64,000 nt of DNA from the human T2T-CHM13v2.0 reference genome, Homo sapiens, in the NCBI RefSeq assembly GCF_009914755.1, contig NC_060929.1, one strand, 5' to 3'. The notes under the pieces are model-generated. The model was not told the origin of the DNA and did not search any database. It saw only the letters and a list, made by a program, of their open reading frames with translations. How positions within the stretch are numbered: the first letter of the stretch is position 1; every line of letters begins with the position of its first letter. Position numbers and translations under genes: made by a program. Shown piece by piece: positions 11,535-26,922 of the stretch.

Positions 11535-11548
11535 CCACCAGAGGGCGC
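11535..11548 (+). promoter_or_regulatory. CTCF core motif CCACCAGAGGGCGC
   Basis: Near-perfect match to the CTCF consensus CCACCAG(G/A)GGGCGC. Confidence 0.7.
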
Positions 11549-12597
11549 CAAAGTGCCGCCCACGCAGCTCAGCCGGCTCAGCTCGCGGAAGGAGCTCTGT
11601 GTAGAGTCATTGGGGCGACCCCTAGGGCCAAGCAAGCCCATGCCATCGTTCCAGAGACCCTGGGCCCACCCCGCTGGTGCCAAATCCAGGCCTTACCACC
11701 CTCTGCCCTGTCTTCTCTGGGGAGTGGAGCAAATGATGCTGCCTGCCCACGGGTGCCTCTCTCAGTGCTTACAGGGCCCGAGCCCACTTGCTGGGCTGGG
11801 TGGGTGGTGGTGTCCGCCCGATAGAGCTGGAGAAAGGGGTGAGCGTCACTCTCTCTAGGAGGATGACGCAATGTGCTCCACAACCTACACCTCCATTCAC
11901 TCATTCAGCCAGGGCAGCGGAGCACCCCGTCGCTGCCAGGCACTGCCGCGGGCACTTACGTGAGGGACAAAACAAAGGCCCCACCTCGTGGAACTCACAG
12001 CCCAGGCCAGGAAGCAGTCGGCTTTGTCTGCCAAAGGTCAAATATAATGGCAAAAACCGCAACTACTTTTGCACCAACCTACTTAAATCCGCTAGGCTGT
12101 TGGGCCGTGCTCCCCTTGACTCTGCCTTCATGGTGGAAAGCAGCTCCGGGTGGGGCTAAGCAGTCGCGTGCGGGGTGTCCCCATCACATCGTACTTGTGG
12201 ACGCTGACGGCGAACCTCGTGTGATTTTCATGGGTCGTGAATATCATCCTCCTTTTGATTTTCAGCTATTAAACAACAGAAAACCATTTTTGGCTCTTGA
12301 GCTCTATAAACACAACTAGCGGGTGGGATCCACCCCGCGGCTGGAGTTTGCAGACCTGGGTCCAGGAAGGAAGGAAGGAGACGGTACACAGTGAACATCA
12401 TCGCGTGAGCCTGCCCTGCTGCCAGTGGGGACACAGCGGACCAAGCAGGGGTGAGGCAGGGGGCAGGCCTGGCACTAAATGGGGCAGTCGGAGCGGGCCT
12501 TGCTGTGAATGCCAGATGGAGCAAAGACCTTTCATTTTAACGGTAACACATTTTTGACAGCACAAGTAAAATAGGAACCCATTCTACTTAGAAAATT

Positions 12598-12941
<344 letters not shown>

Positions 12942-13824
12942 TCATGACTGCAGGGGTACCTCCCAGCAGGGGCGAGCCATGCTTTTCCTTTCTACCCGAT
13001 GCATGAGGACTGTCAGGCTGTGCCCACTTTGGGGCCCTTCCCACGCTAAGGCATAATTGGTACAAGGCATGGCCAGGACCTCCTGCTTCACTGGGCAGGA
13101 GGACGAGGGCCATGGGAGGGTAGCCCCAAATCAGGGCTGATGATGGAGGTAGCCCCGGCAGGTCCCTGCTCAGGCCTAGGGGCCTGATTTCTGCTCCTCA
13201 GCCCAGGCGTTGGCTTGATGGGCAGCATTACCACAGGTCTGGCGGGTCTGGGCGTCAGCCCATCAGAGGTGGGAAAGTCACAAAGGAACCCCCAGCCCTG
13301 CCAAGGCTGTTGCCACAGTAATGCCTCCCTGGCCCCCTTGGCAGCTATGTGGAGAGATAGGGACGTCAGTACCCTGCAAAGAGAGGGGCCTCTGCTCTGG
13401 CCCAAGCATCCAGCCTTTGACCAGAGGCTGCCTTGGGTGCCGGAGGCCTGGCTGCACCTGCACACCTGGGTCCTGCTTCCTGGGATCATCCTGTCTGGGA
13501 ATTAGCTCTCTAGGTCTGCCTTCCCGCCAGAGAGCTGCTTTCCTCCACCAGCCCCTTCCCAGGCTGCTCCAGTCTGTCCCACTCTCAATCTGTGGGAACC
13601 TCCCTGGAATCATGCTTAGGGTGGGTGCAGTCCCCTCCAGCAGGACCATGTGGAATCCAGCCAGCTTGCCATCAGCCAGTGTTCACCAAGTAACATTGTG
13701 CGCCGGGTAGTGCTGGGCACCTGGAATTCATTAGTGACTCCAACACAGTCCCTGCGCCCCAGGGCCTCACCGTCCGGGGGAGACACAGATAGGTACATCA
13801 CCAGGCTTTAAAAGTGATTGATTT

Positions 13825-14290
<466 letters not shown>

Positions 14291-14689
14291 CTATGCCTTA
14301 GAAAGCCGAGCTCCTCAAGAAACAAAGCAGGCCAGAGCCACATCCGCAGACCCGCATGGCCCACCGGAGGCCTCCGTACACCCTGTCTGCGTTTCTCACT
14401 GACCAGCATTTCTGGGAGATAATGATGTGTCAGTACGTATAGATCTACTCAGTTATTTTCAACAACAGCAAAGTGATAATAATAGCAAGAATTTATACTT
14501 GCGATGTTCTGGACGCTTCTTGGAGCACTTTATTTATATTAACTGATCTACTCCTAAGAATTCAAGGGACAGGCACCTGCTGGTCTTGCTGCACAGGCGA
14601 GGAAGCCAGGAGTGCCCCATTGGGTGGACACTGCCCGACTGACTCAGCCCATCCTCTTGGACATGCAGGAGGTTTCTAGGCAGGAAACA

Positions 14690-15010
14690 CCCTTGGATTC
14701 TATCTTTGGGCACTTGTATCTCTGTGGGATAAATGTTTGGAAGTGAATTGCTAGGTTAAAGGGCAGCTGCATTTCTAATTTACATAGCTGTTGCCAAATT
14801 GCCCTCGGAAGAGGTCATACTGATTTACGGTGCCACAGATACCGTTGGGCAGAACCCTTGCCCTCCCGCTGGCAGCAGCCGGAGCCCCCCCTGCATTCAC
14901 CCACCTGGTTCATCTTTGTCAATCTGTTGGAAGAAAATGGTTTCTCTTTGTGGTTCTCCTTTGCACGGCTCTTATGAGAGAGGTTGAGCGTGTGTTCATG
15001 CAGATCAGTA
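14690..15010 (-). mobile_element. Old L1 (L1ME-like) 3' fragment
   Basis: ggaagtgaattgctaggttaaaggg...gccaaattgccctc...gaggttgagc. Confidence 0.6.
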
Positions 15011-15974
15011 CGATTTGGCATAGTCAGAATTACCAGAGTGAGCTCCAAGGGGTGGGGAGCCCCCGGGCTGGAGTGGTTCTGTGTGAGGTAAGGGAGCTGG
15101 TGGTCTGGGAGTCTTGCAGGTCGGTGGTGTGTTGGGTAGAGGCAAGGAGGGTGCTCCTGGTGGAGGGACCGGCCTGAGGAAATGCTCAGACGGGTGGGAG
15201 GCAGGAGTACCTGGCCTGGCCCCTCTGCTCAACAGTAAGCCACATGGCTCCTGCTCCTTTGGTCCCTAAGCCCCAGCCAGGTTTCTTCCTTTGCTCTCTT
15301 TCTCTGCTTGAGCTAAACTGCAGTTCCTGGGGGAGGGCTGGGAGAAGGTCTCCGCCCTACAGGGGGCATCTTCCAGCATCCCCAGAGGGAGCCTGACCCC
15401 CAGCATTCAGTGAGGAATCCCCCATGGCCCGCTCCGTGTCCTGGGCTCCTCCTGCCCCTCCCACCCACCCCAGCTGCAGGGGCGCTTACATCCTCATTAA
15501 CACGGCTCAGTGGCTGGCGCTGGGAATTGATCTCCCTCAGGCCCAGTGTGGACAGCGGCTAATGGGGATGAATGGGGCGGGAGGTGCTGCCGAGGGACGG
15601 TCGTCCGGTGGCCCACACAGGGCGGAGAGGTGGGCAGATGGAGATGTGCAGAGCCAGGCCCCGCATGCAGCTGGGACGCCTGCAGCTGCCTCGACCGCTG
15701 GCCAACCTGGGTCCTGGGGCAGGATGATCAGACAGGGGGATGCGGCGCGGAGGCGGGGAGCTCTGGAATTCAGCTGCTCATGGGGGTGGGAGCAGGCCGT
15801 GGGGATAGGGCCCAGTCTAGGAAGTGGAACTGGAGTTCTGGGGTGGCATCCAGGAAGGCTATGAGCATCGGGACCCCAAGGTTAGGCAGGCAGTGTTGGA
15901 GGGGAGTCAGTGTCGGGGAGGGAGGGAGACACTCCGGAGCTGAACCTGGCAGCATGGGGCAGGCAGGATGCCAT

Positions 15975-16400
15975 TGTTTAGTCAGTCAACCAACACCAAG
16001 TGCTTACTATGCACCAGGCACTATGCCAAGGACTGGTACCCATATGAAGTGGCCAAGACAGTCAAGATCTTCTTCCAGGGATGGGGGGCATAGATGATGA
16101 TACACGCTCAGAAGAAAGTAAACACGGTTATGTGACAGGGTGATGGAACAGAGGTGCTAGTTGAAGAAGATTTCCAGGGACGTCTGTCTGAGGAGGCAGC
16201 ATGTGGGCTAAAACCTGTGTGGTGAGGAAAAAAATCATTCCAGGCAAAGGGAACAGGCAGTGCAAAGGTCCTGAGGTAGGAATGGGCTCGGGCATTTCAG
16301 GAAAAAGAAGGGGCCATTGCGGCTGCAGTGTGGCCTGTGAGGAAGAGATGAGCTGAGAAATGGGTGGCATTAAAGCAAGGAAAGTCACAGTCAAGGCCAG
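15975..16400 (-). mobile_element. L2 LINE fragment
   Basis: agtgcttactatgcaccaggcact...cattccaggcaaagggaacaggcagtgcaaaggtcctgagg. Confidence 0.7.
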
Positions 16401-16712
16401 AGCCAGGTCTAAGGGGTCAGTGGGCGGGACCCCCTTCCTAAGTGGTGTGGACCATACACAAAAGCTGAGAGTGAGGTCCTGTCTGGCTCAACTTGGCCTG
16501 AGGACCCAAGGGAAGCCAGGCTTGGGAAGACTCCATCACTGCCTGATCACTGTGCCTGCAAATGGGAGTGGGGAGGCCCTGGGAGTCTGGGCCATCCTTG
16601 GCCAGATGCAGAGGACACAAAGAGGCCTTCCTGCCACTCTAGGAGAGGCTATCCGGCCCCTGCTGCATGCATGGCTCAGTGACCTGTCTCGTCCCACTTC
16701 TAGCTGACTTGA

Positions 16713-17081
<369 letters not shown>

Positions 17082-17419
17082 TAAAGCTCAGTACTGAAGC
17101 AGGAGGCAGCCAGCCCAGCAGGCAGGGACGCTCTAGAATTCTTTCAGGGCCTGAGACCTAAAACCCACGTATTTTTTTATGGGCAATTTAAGCAATTTTC
17201 AAGGGTGATCTTGACTGTTCTTTTGATTTTTGTCATAGGTGCTGACCTCGCTATCAAATACCCAAGTTGGATGTTGCTGCCACAGATCCTGTGGGCTGAG
17301 GCGTGCCCTGGACTCTCACGGGACAGGCGCTGGCAAACCAGGGGAGGGTCTCACATGAAAGGACCACAGCAGACTCGTCCCTTCGTCAGAGGAAAGAAAT
17401 AGAATACTGTTTGGATTAC

Positions 17420-18010
<591 letters not shown>

Positions 18011-19254
18011 AGACAAGGGCAGGAACCATCTCTGTCCTCTTGTTTCCAATTAAGCAGATACCTAATAAATTTTATTAAATTGGAGGAAAATTCATTGTAT
18101 CCTTAAAGAAGGTTCTTGAAGGTAACAGAGCAGAATGGATCCTTTAGTAGCTAGAGTCTGAAATATTCAGTGGTCGTCAAGAAGTTCCATTGGTCATGGA
18201 CCTGCCAAAAAGATAGAAGCACGATAAGACCAGAGAAGAATGAGAGAGCCCTTGGGATGCCAGGAAAATTGTTTTCAAAATAATTGGTGTTGATCCAAAA
18301 TCAGGGGCATGATGTTTGGGTCGGTGGGGTCTCTGTGGCAGAGGACTCAATGGCCCCTGGATTCTGAAGTGGGAGCACGGGGCTGGGGGAACAAGCCAGG
18401 CGGTGTCTTCCAGCCAGGGGGAGCTGCAGGGAGAAGAGGAAGTCTTTTCACTCTTTGCCCTGGGATACTGAACGTCAGAATATGTTGCTGTTTTCCATGG
18501 GGTTCTAGAATATTGAGTTTAATTCCCACTTCTCGTTTATTCCCTGCCAGGTTTGGGTTCTTGATGTGTCTATGACACACTCAGGAAAGGTAGCCCCGGC
18601 TCAGGGCAAGCTGTGTGTCGGGTACCTACTGCATCTGCCTGGTCCCCATCTCTCCCCCAGCTTCTGGTGGCGGCACCTAGATTTTCCTTTGGGGAGAATC
18701 CCTCCCTCCTTGATTTCTGTTCTCCAAAGGGAGTGGCATAGGACCCAGGCCTGACATCAGCACATTCCATGGCCTTGGCTGTGGAGAGGCACAAAGGATG
18801 CCTGCTCCTGGGTCCTCACTGGGACAGAGAGGCTCCGCTCCCTCCCTTGGAGTTCTAAAAGCTGTTGGTGACCACCTTCCTGCCTGTGGTCCCAGAGTGA
18901 GGCTGACAGAGAAACATAGAGTCCAGAGAAGGTGGGCAACCTTGGCTTGGTGATGGCACTTGAGCTGTAGGTGTAGCCATATCTTATGGCAGAGCCATTG
19001 TTTTGTCTAAGGGGGTCCGAGCTGGGTTTCTGTCATCTTCAACTGAAAGTCCTGATGGACATAGTGGGAAAGAAGGGAGAAGCTGAAGGCCTGGGTCAGA
19101 CATGCCCTGTCTCGGGGGTGGGGGCGAGATGCAAACCACTTCCAGAGGGAGCCCAAGCTTCTTCCTCTGTCCCATAGCGCCCCTCCCAAGGGAGCTGATC
19201 CCGAGATCCCTAGAGGAGTGGAGGAATGATCAGGCATCATGCTAAGGAGTTTTT

Positions 19255-20365
19255 GTAAAGTCAATTTATTGAGTCTAATTTACATACATCGAAGTCTCCA
19301 CACTTTAGGTGCATATTTCAGTGGGTTTTACAAATTTATTCCCCTGTGTAACCACCAAGATAGAGAACATTTCCATCACCCAGAAGGTGCCCTGTGGTCC
19401 TTCTATGTCAATCTCTGCTCCTACCCTGCTGCCAAACAAACATTGAGCTGCTTTCTGTCACTGCGGGTTAGATTTCTATTTTTTTCTCTAAAGTTTTGCA
19501 TATAGTCAATCCTCAGTATTCACGGATTCCATATTTGTGAAGTTGATGACTTGCAAAAATTTATTTGTAACCCCCAGATCAATCCTCGTGGCACTTTTGT
19601 GATCATTCCTGGACATCAGCAGAGCACTGAGAAGTTTCGTTTGTGGATGCACACATTTCCTGCGGAGGTCAAACTCAACGAGCGACTTTCCCCCGTCTAC
19701 TCAGGGCCACCTTTCCCGCATTTTTGTACTTTTTGTTGGGGATTTCGCTATTGAAAATGGCCCTCAAGCATCGGAGTGAGGCCCTGGCTGGTGCTCCTTG
19801 ATGCTAGAAGGCTGCGATGTGTCTTACAGAGAAAATGCATGTGTTGGATGAGCTTTGCTCAGTCATGAGTTATAGTTCTGTGGCCATGAGTTCATGCTCA
19901 CAGATCAACAGCCTCTATATTAAATAAGGTGTCTTTAAACATAAGAACACATGCCACAGATGTATGCATTGGTCAGGTGACCAAAATCTTGTGAGCAGAG
20001 GATCTCAGGAACCTAACTCTGCATTTCCCTGGGAGCAATGCTTCCATACCGGTGAATTCAGTGTTCCCGGGAATGTCACAGAACATTACTGCCAGGCATG
20101 AGAGCCGGTCATATATGCAGTCATACAGATGCCACCTTTTGAGTCCGGTTTCTGTCACTTAGCATGACGCTGCTGAGATTCATCCCTGTTGTTCTTTTTG
20201 TTGCTGAGGAGTATTCCATTGTGGGGCTACGCCAGCTTCTCCATTCACTCAGCAGTTGATGGAGCATTTGGGTTCTTTCCAGTTTTTGGTGATCATGAAC
20301 AAAGCTGCTGTGAACTTTCGTGTACAAATCCATGTGTGGACATATGTTTTCATTTCCATTCTAAG
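19255..20365 (-). mobile_element. Old L1M 3' fragment interrupted by MER82
   Basis: agaacatttccatcacccagaagg; ttgctgaggagtattccattg; catgaacaaagctgctgtgaac. Confidence 0.7.
19502..20110 (-). mobile_element. MER82-like TcMar-Tigger DNA transposon
   Basis: agtcaatcctcagtattcacggattcc start; taaataaggtgtctttaaac...ggaacctaactctgcatttccctggg. Confidence 0.7.
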
Positions 20366-21650
20366 TGTCAGCTTAGGAGCACATACATTTATTACTTGCT
20401 TAATGCTTGCAGTAGCCCTGCAAAGCAGCCTCATTTTATGCATAAGGAGCTGGGCTCGGAGCAGAGCTATGGTGGCCTGCTGAATATCACATGGCTCACA
20501 GCAACTGGCACTGGCGCACAATCTCTTCCCTGGGGGAGGCCTGGGGGTCCCTATTCAGAGTGGCCCCATGGTGGGTGGGAGGGCCTTGGCTCTGTCATTG
20601 CCTCTCCAGGGGCCTAGAGGTCCTCAGCTGCAAAGTGCAGATTCAGTCCCCTCTGAGATCCCTGAGCTCCAAGCCTGTGATTATGGGGCCTGAGCCACAG
20701 CAGCGGGCTGCACCCCAGCCCCACTGCAGCCCTTCACAGGCTGAGCAGGGCTACAGCCAAGACTGACAGGCTGGGTGGGCTGGCTGGCTGGCTTCTAGGG
20801 CTTCAGCTGCCCTGAATACATTCCCCTGCTGGAGGTGACACCACCGGCTTTTGCTTTGGGGGCTCATCCTCCTCTAGCATTTGCAGGGGATGAGCTGCCA
20901 CCAAGGCCTTACACTCTCTGGAGGAGCTCCACATGCTGAGGGCTTGGCTTGTCTGGCCCTTCTCTATGGTGGGGCTTTGATCCCTGTGCAGAGAACTGAC
21001 ACAGGGACTGAGAAATGGCCAGAGCAGGCTCTAGGCAGCCTTTGCTCTGCACCCTTTCCAGGTTTCTGTGTCCCAGCCATCCAGCGAGCTGCCTGACAAC
21101 CTCCCAAAGCCTCGCGGAAGCTTTCCGTTGCTTGCGCTCAGCGATCCCTGCATGCCACAGTGGATGCTCCCCTCCCTCGAGCCCCTGAGGCCTCAGCACC
21201 AGCTTGTCTCTTAGCAGGCTCTTCCCCTGGACTCCACCTCCTGCCCATCTGTTGGCTCAAGGAAGCCCTGGATTGGGGACAGCCTGGTACTTGACAGCAA
21301 CTGATGCAGAGGGAAGAGCCCCAGGTCCGGGGAACGAGGACGAAGATCTGGGTGCTGAGTTGTTGCTTGTCCTCTGGGGCTCATCTTCCTCATCTCTAAA
21401 ATGGGTACCATTTCCACAGTTTCATTCATTGTCATTGACCCCATCTCCTGTGGGTCCCGGCACTGTCCCTGAGGCTGGAAATCAGGGGAGGAGAGGGGCC
21501 CAGACAGGCCCCTGCCCTGATGGAGGAGAGGCAGATGCACTGTTGCAGATCTTGGAGATGACAGAGGAAGTCCCAATGCTCTGGGGACCAACTTGGGGCA
21601 TTGTCCATGTTTTGGCCAGTCCTGGTACCAAAAACTGACTTTGACTACTA

Positions 21651-21952
<302 letters not shown>

Positions 21953-23745
21953 TGACTTTGACTGCCTTAATGCAAGGGGGAATTAATTGGAAGGAAAGGG
22001 CAGAAGTCAGGGCCACGCTGGGGAGCTGGGTGGTGAGAACTGAAGGAAAGTCTCTTTAGGGTGTGGCCACTCAGATAAGAAATTCTGCTGAGATTCAAAA
22101 TTGCACAGAGGGGTGAGTACCCACCAGGGTGGAGGGTGGGTCTCATGACTGGCAGGCTGCCAAGCTGGCCTGCAGTGGGCTCCCCGAAATGTGGGGGAAA
22201 TGCAGGGAAGGAAAAAGTCCTAAGTGTCCCCTGGTTGGGTGGAGTGGGAGAGTGGTGTCAGGTGAGGCTTGCCGGAAGCACTCAAATGCATGGGAAACAG
22301 AACTGTGAACTCCAAGGGACAGAAACAGCAGAAGGCTTCGGCACTGTGAGCCTCAGAAGTGGCCGGCACCTACCCAGTGGCCAGCCCGGGGAAGGACTTC
22401 CCACCTGTTCTCTGATCCAGCGTCTCCACACGGGGGACACTTGTGAAGTTTACGTGGGACGAAAGAAGCCCAGCACATGGGCCTTGGCAGTCCCACCTGG
22501 CCCCACCTGCTAGGAATTTAGAAGAGAGCTGCAGAGACCTGGCACACACAAGGCTACCGTCCAGTCACTGAGGTGTGTGGCAAGGGCTGGGGAATGCCCG
22601 AAGAGGCGACCCACCTGGACGGCAGGCAGGGGCTTTCAAAGGAGGCCAGGAAGGCTGAGCAGTGTAGGGCCAAGGCTGTGGCAGAAAGGAGGGCATTCCT
22701 TGCGTGAGAGACCCTGGGTTTTGATTCTTGGGCCCTGGCTCTACCCTGTGGACCTTGGAGGGAGCAGGGGCCTGGGCAAACAGAGGTGACCTGGGGGTGC
22801 AGCAGGAAGGGGAGGGTGGGGTTGGGGAAGAGCTGTTGTGCAGGGCAGGCAGTGGGGAGGCGAGGAGATGGGGTAGGGGGTATGCAGGCCCCTGCAGGTC
22901 CTGCAGAGGACACCCCAAGGTTACCTTGGCCTGTGGCTCCGCGGCTCAAGGCTGCTGGCAGCAATGACAACAGCGAACCAGCAGCCTCTCCGAGTTTTAT
23001 TATCATTCAAATGAGGACGTGGAGAGGTATTTCATTTGATTGGTAGAATAATAGGAGCCATTTATCTACCTTCTCTCAACCTTTCATATCTGTTTCACTA
23101 TTTTATGGGATCGCATACATCATAGTAAAGGCAAAAATGTATTTTTTTCCCTTGACTTGGGGCTGGGGGGGCAGCAGGGATGGGAAGGAGGCTCTCAGAG
23201 TGGCTGGCAGGAGCTGAAGGAAATGAAATCGAAAAAGACTATTATTGGTGACAGACAGTTACATCTGAAAGGGAATAAGAAACTCCCCAATGCGGGCACA
23301 GAGAGGAGTTTTAAATGGAAGATCTAACAGCCTCCAGCTCTAGGTCCATTGAGAGGCAGAGGACTGAGGGAGGCGTGAGGGGTGGGGGGCGAGACAGGGG
23401 GTGTGGCGGGGCATGGGGCGGGGGGGCTTCAGGGAGCCAGGAGGGTCCTTGAGGGAAACAGCAATGAGGCTGGCACAAGGGGCATGTGGTCCAGCTGTTG
23501 GAATTCTTTGTCTTTCTTGGGTTATGATAAATTACACGTGTCATACAAGGATCCATTCTCCTTTTGAAAACACTAGAACATCACAGGTAAAGACCCTGTG
23601 ACCATCAGCCCCAATCCCAGCGCCCTCTACCCTTCCCAGAAGTAACAACTGTTAAGATTTTTTCCTCTTGATTTTACAAATATATAAAGATGCCTTAAAA
23701 GAGGTAATACTCTTTTGTGAATTCCCACCCCACCATCCCCCTCCC

Positions 23746-24045
23746 TTTTTTTTTTTTTTTTTTTTTTTTGTTTTTTGGGACAAGGTCTCACTCTGTGGCC
23801 CAGGCTGGAGTGCAGTGGTGTGCTCTCAGTTCACTGCAGCCTTGACCTCCTGGGCTGAAGTGATCCTCCTGCTTCAGCCTCCAGAGTAGCTGGGACTACA
23901 GGTGTGCACCACCACACCGGCTAATTTCATTTTTAGTAGAGGCGGGGTCTCCCTGTATTCACAACCCAGGCTGGTCTTGAATTCCTGCGTTCAAGCCATC
24001 TTCCCAAAGTGCTGGGATTACAAGCATGAGCCACCACACCTGGCC
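23746..24045 (-). mobile_element. AluJ
   Basis: Poly-T followed by reverse AluJ. Confidence 0.92.
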
Positions 24046-25553
24046 CTTTACCCCTTTCTTAAAAGGTGTCACGCTGTCTCATTCAGCTCCTTGGTTTTTC
24101 TCACTGGATATATTTTTGAGCCTTGTGTGGGTCTGGGTCACTCCTGGAGCTGTCCGGGGTGCTCCTGTCTGTGATTGTCCTGTGCTGTAGCCCCCTGGTG
24201 CTCCCCGATGAACCCTTGGGTGGCTTCCAGCTTTTCACAATGACAAAGAATGCTTCGAGGGGTCTGGGCAAGGCTTTCTTGAGGGCAGGTGAGCAGTGAA
24301 CTCTCCGGTGGGGAGGGGTGCATTTTCAGCTGGAGGAGACACTGTCCCATTGCTGTCCAAAGTGTCTGTGGTGGGGCTGCAGCCAGCTGGCCACCGCGAG
24401 GGGAAGCGCGCAGCTGTTCTTGCACGAAGGTTCCCCATGAGGTCGTCTTGGGCAGCAAGTTGGTGGCAGAGAGGGGAACAGCAAAGCCCTGGCTGGACAG
24501 GGTGTCAGAGCAGAAGTGGGAAGGCGGGACCCACAGAGCTCCAGGGGACCCCTGGAGCTCCAGGTGCAACCCCACTGGGTGGGGGTGGGTGAGGTTCCTG
24601 GGAGGCACGCAAAGGGCAAACGGGCAAGACCCGGGATGTGAAGGCTGGCTGCAGGCTCGGGCTGGGTGAGAACCAGCAGCACTTGGTGTGGCTGGCAGGG
24701 TAGCCCGCCAGCACAGCCAAGGGGGCAGGGTAAAGGCAAAACTCAGGTCTCTGGGTGGTGCCAGCACAGGGCAGGGGTGTGCAGAGCATGGGCATAGAGA
24801 GTCCTCCAGGGGCCCTGGCTCCCTGACAGCAGCACAGAGACAGGGAGGGGGTTCCCTCCGAGCATGGGAGACAACTCAAGGCCTACCAGGTATGGGGCTG
24901 AGGCTCCCTGCTCAGGCCCCCCATCCCCCACCATGGGATGGCACTTGGTCCCAGCCCTCAGAGATGTGATGGGAGCAGGTGGGGGAAGGAGGCGGGTGGC
25001 CTGGTGGGAACTGGGCTCTCTATCCTGGGAGACTCTTAGGTTCCGGAACCCTCTTAAGAGTCCAGCTGCAAGACTTAGAAGGAGTTTCTTAAACAACCAA
25101 ACAAACAAAAAAACCAAACCAAGCCAAACAAAACAAAAAAAAAAGTGTTATTGAGATGTAATCCACATACCATACAATTTGCCCCCTTAAAGTATACAAT
25201 TCAGTGGTTTTTAGTATATTCACAGATATGTGCCACCTTGATCACGGTCAATTTAGAGCATTTTCATCACCTCCAAAAGAAACCCTTTAGCTATCACCCT
25301 ATCTCCACGATCACAAATCTCCGCACTGTTGCTATAGGTTTTCCTGGTCCGGGCATCTCACAGGAGAGCACGCGCATGGTGTGTGGTCTTCTGCACCGGG
25401 CTCCCTTCATTCAGCACCACGTTTGCAGGGATCGTGTGCGCTGGGGCCTATAACCAGCACTTCCTTCCTTCTGAGGCCGAACGATGCACCACATTTTGTT
25501 CATTCATTCATCAGTCGATGAACACTTAGGTTATTCTCACCTTTTTTTGACTT

Positions 25554-26220
<667 letters not shown>

Positions 26221-26510
26221 TACTATGAATAACATTGCTATAAACATTCGTGTACACGTTTCAACGTGGACATATGTTTTCATTTCTCTTGGGTGTGTGT
26301 ACCTACGGGTGGAATTGCTGGGCCATTTGGTGGCTCTGTTTCAGGAACTGCCAGACTGTTTTCCACAGGGCCGCAGCCACTTCACATTCCCACCAGCAGG
26401 GCGTGAGGGTTCTGACTTCACACTTCTCACCAACACACATTATCTGACTTTTAAATTCTAGTCATCCTAGTGGGAGGAGTCGCTTTTTGAGGAAACTTCA
26501 AAAGCAGGTG

Positions 26511-26922
<412 letters not shown>

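Noticed and set aside
15353-15369. Second CTCF-like motif cctacagggggca
   Set aside because: Mismatches in the 5' core; too weak to call without ChIP data.
25410-25428. REST/RE1 half-site ttcagcaccacg (also ttcagcaccg near 17935 and tcagcatggacag near 27947)
   Set aside because: Right half absent or mis-spaced; the first two lie in decayed L1 sequence.
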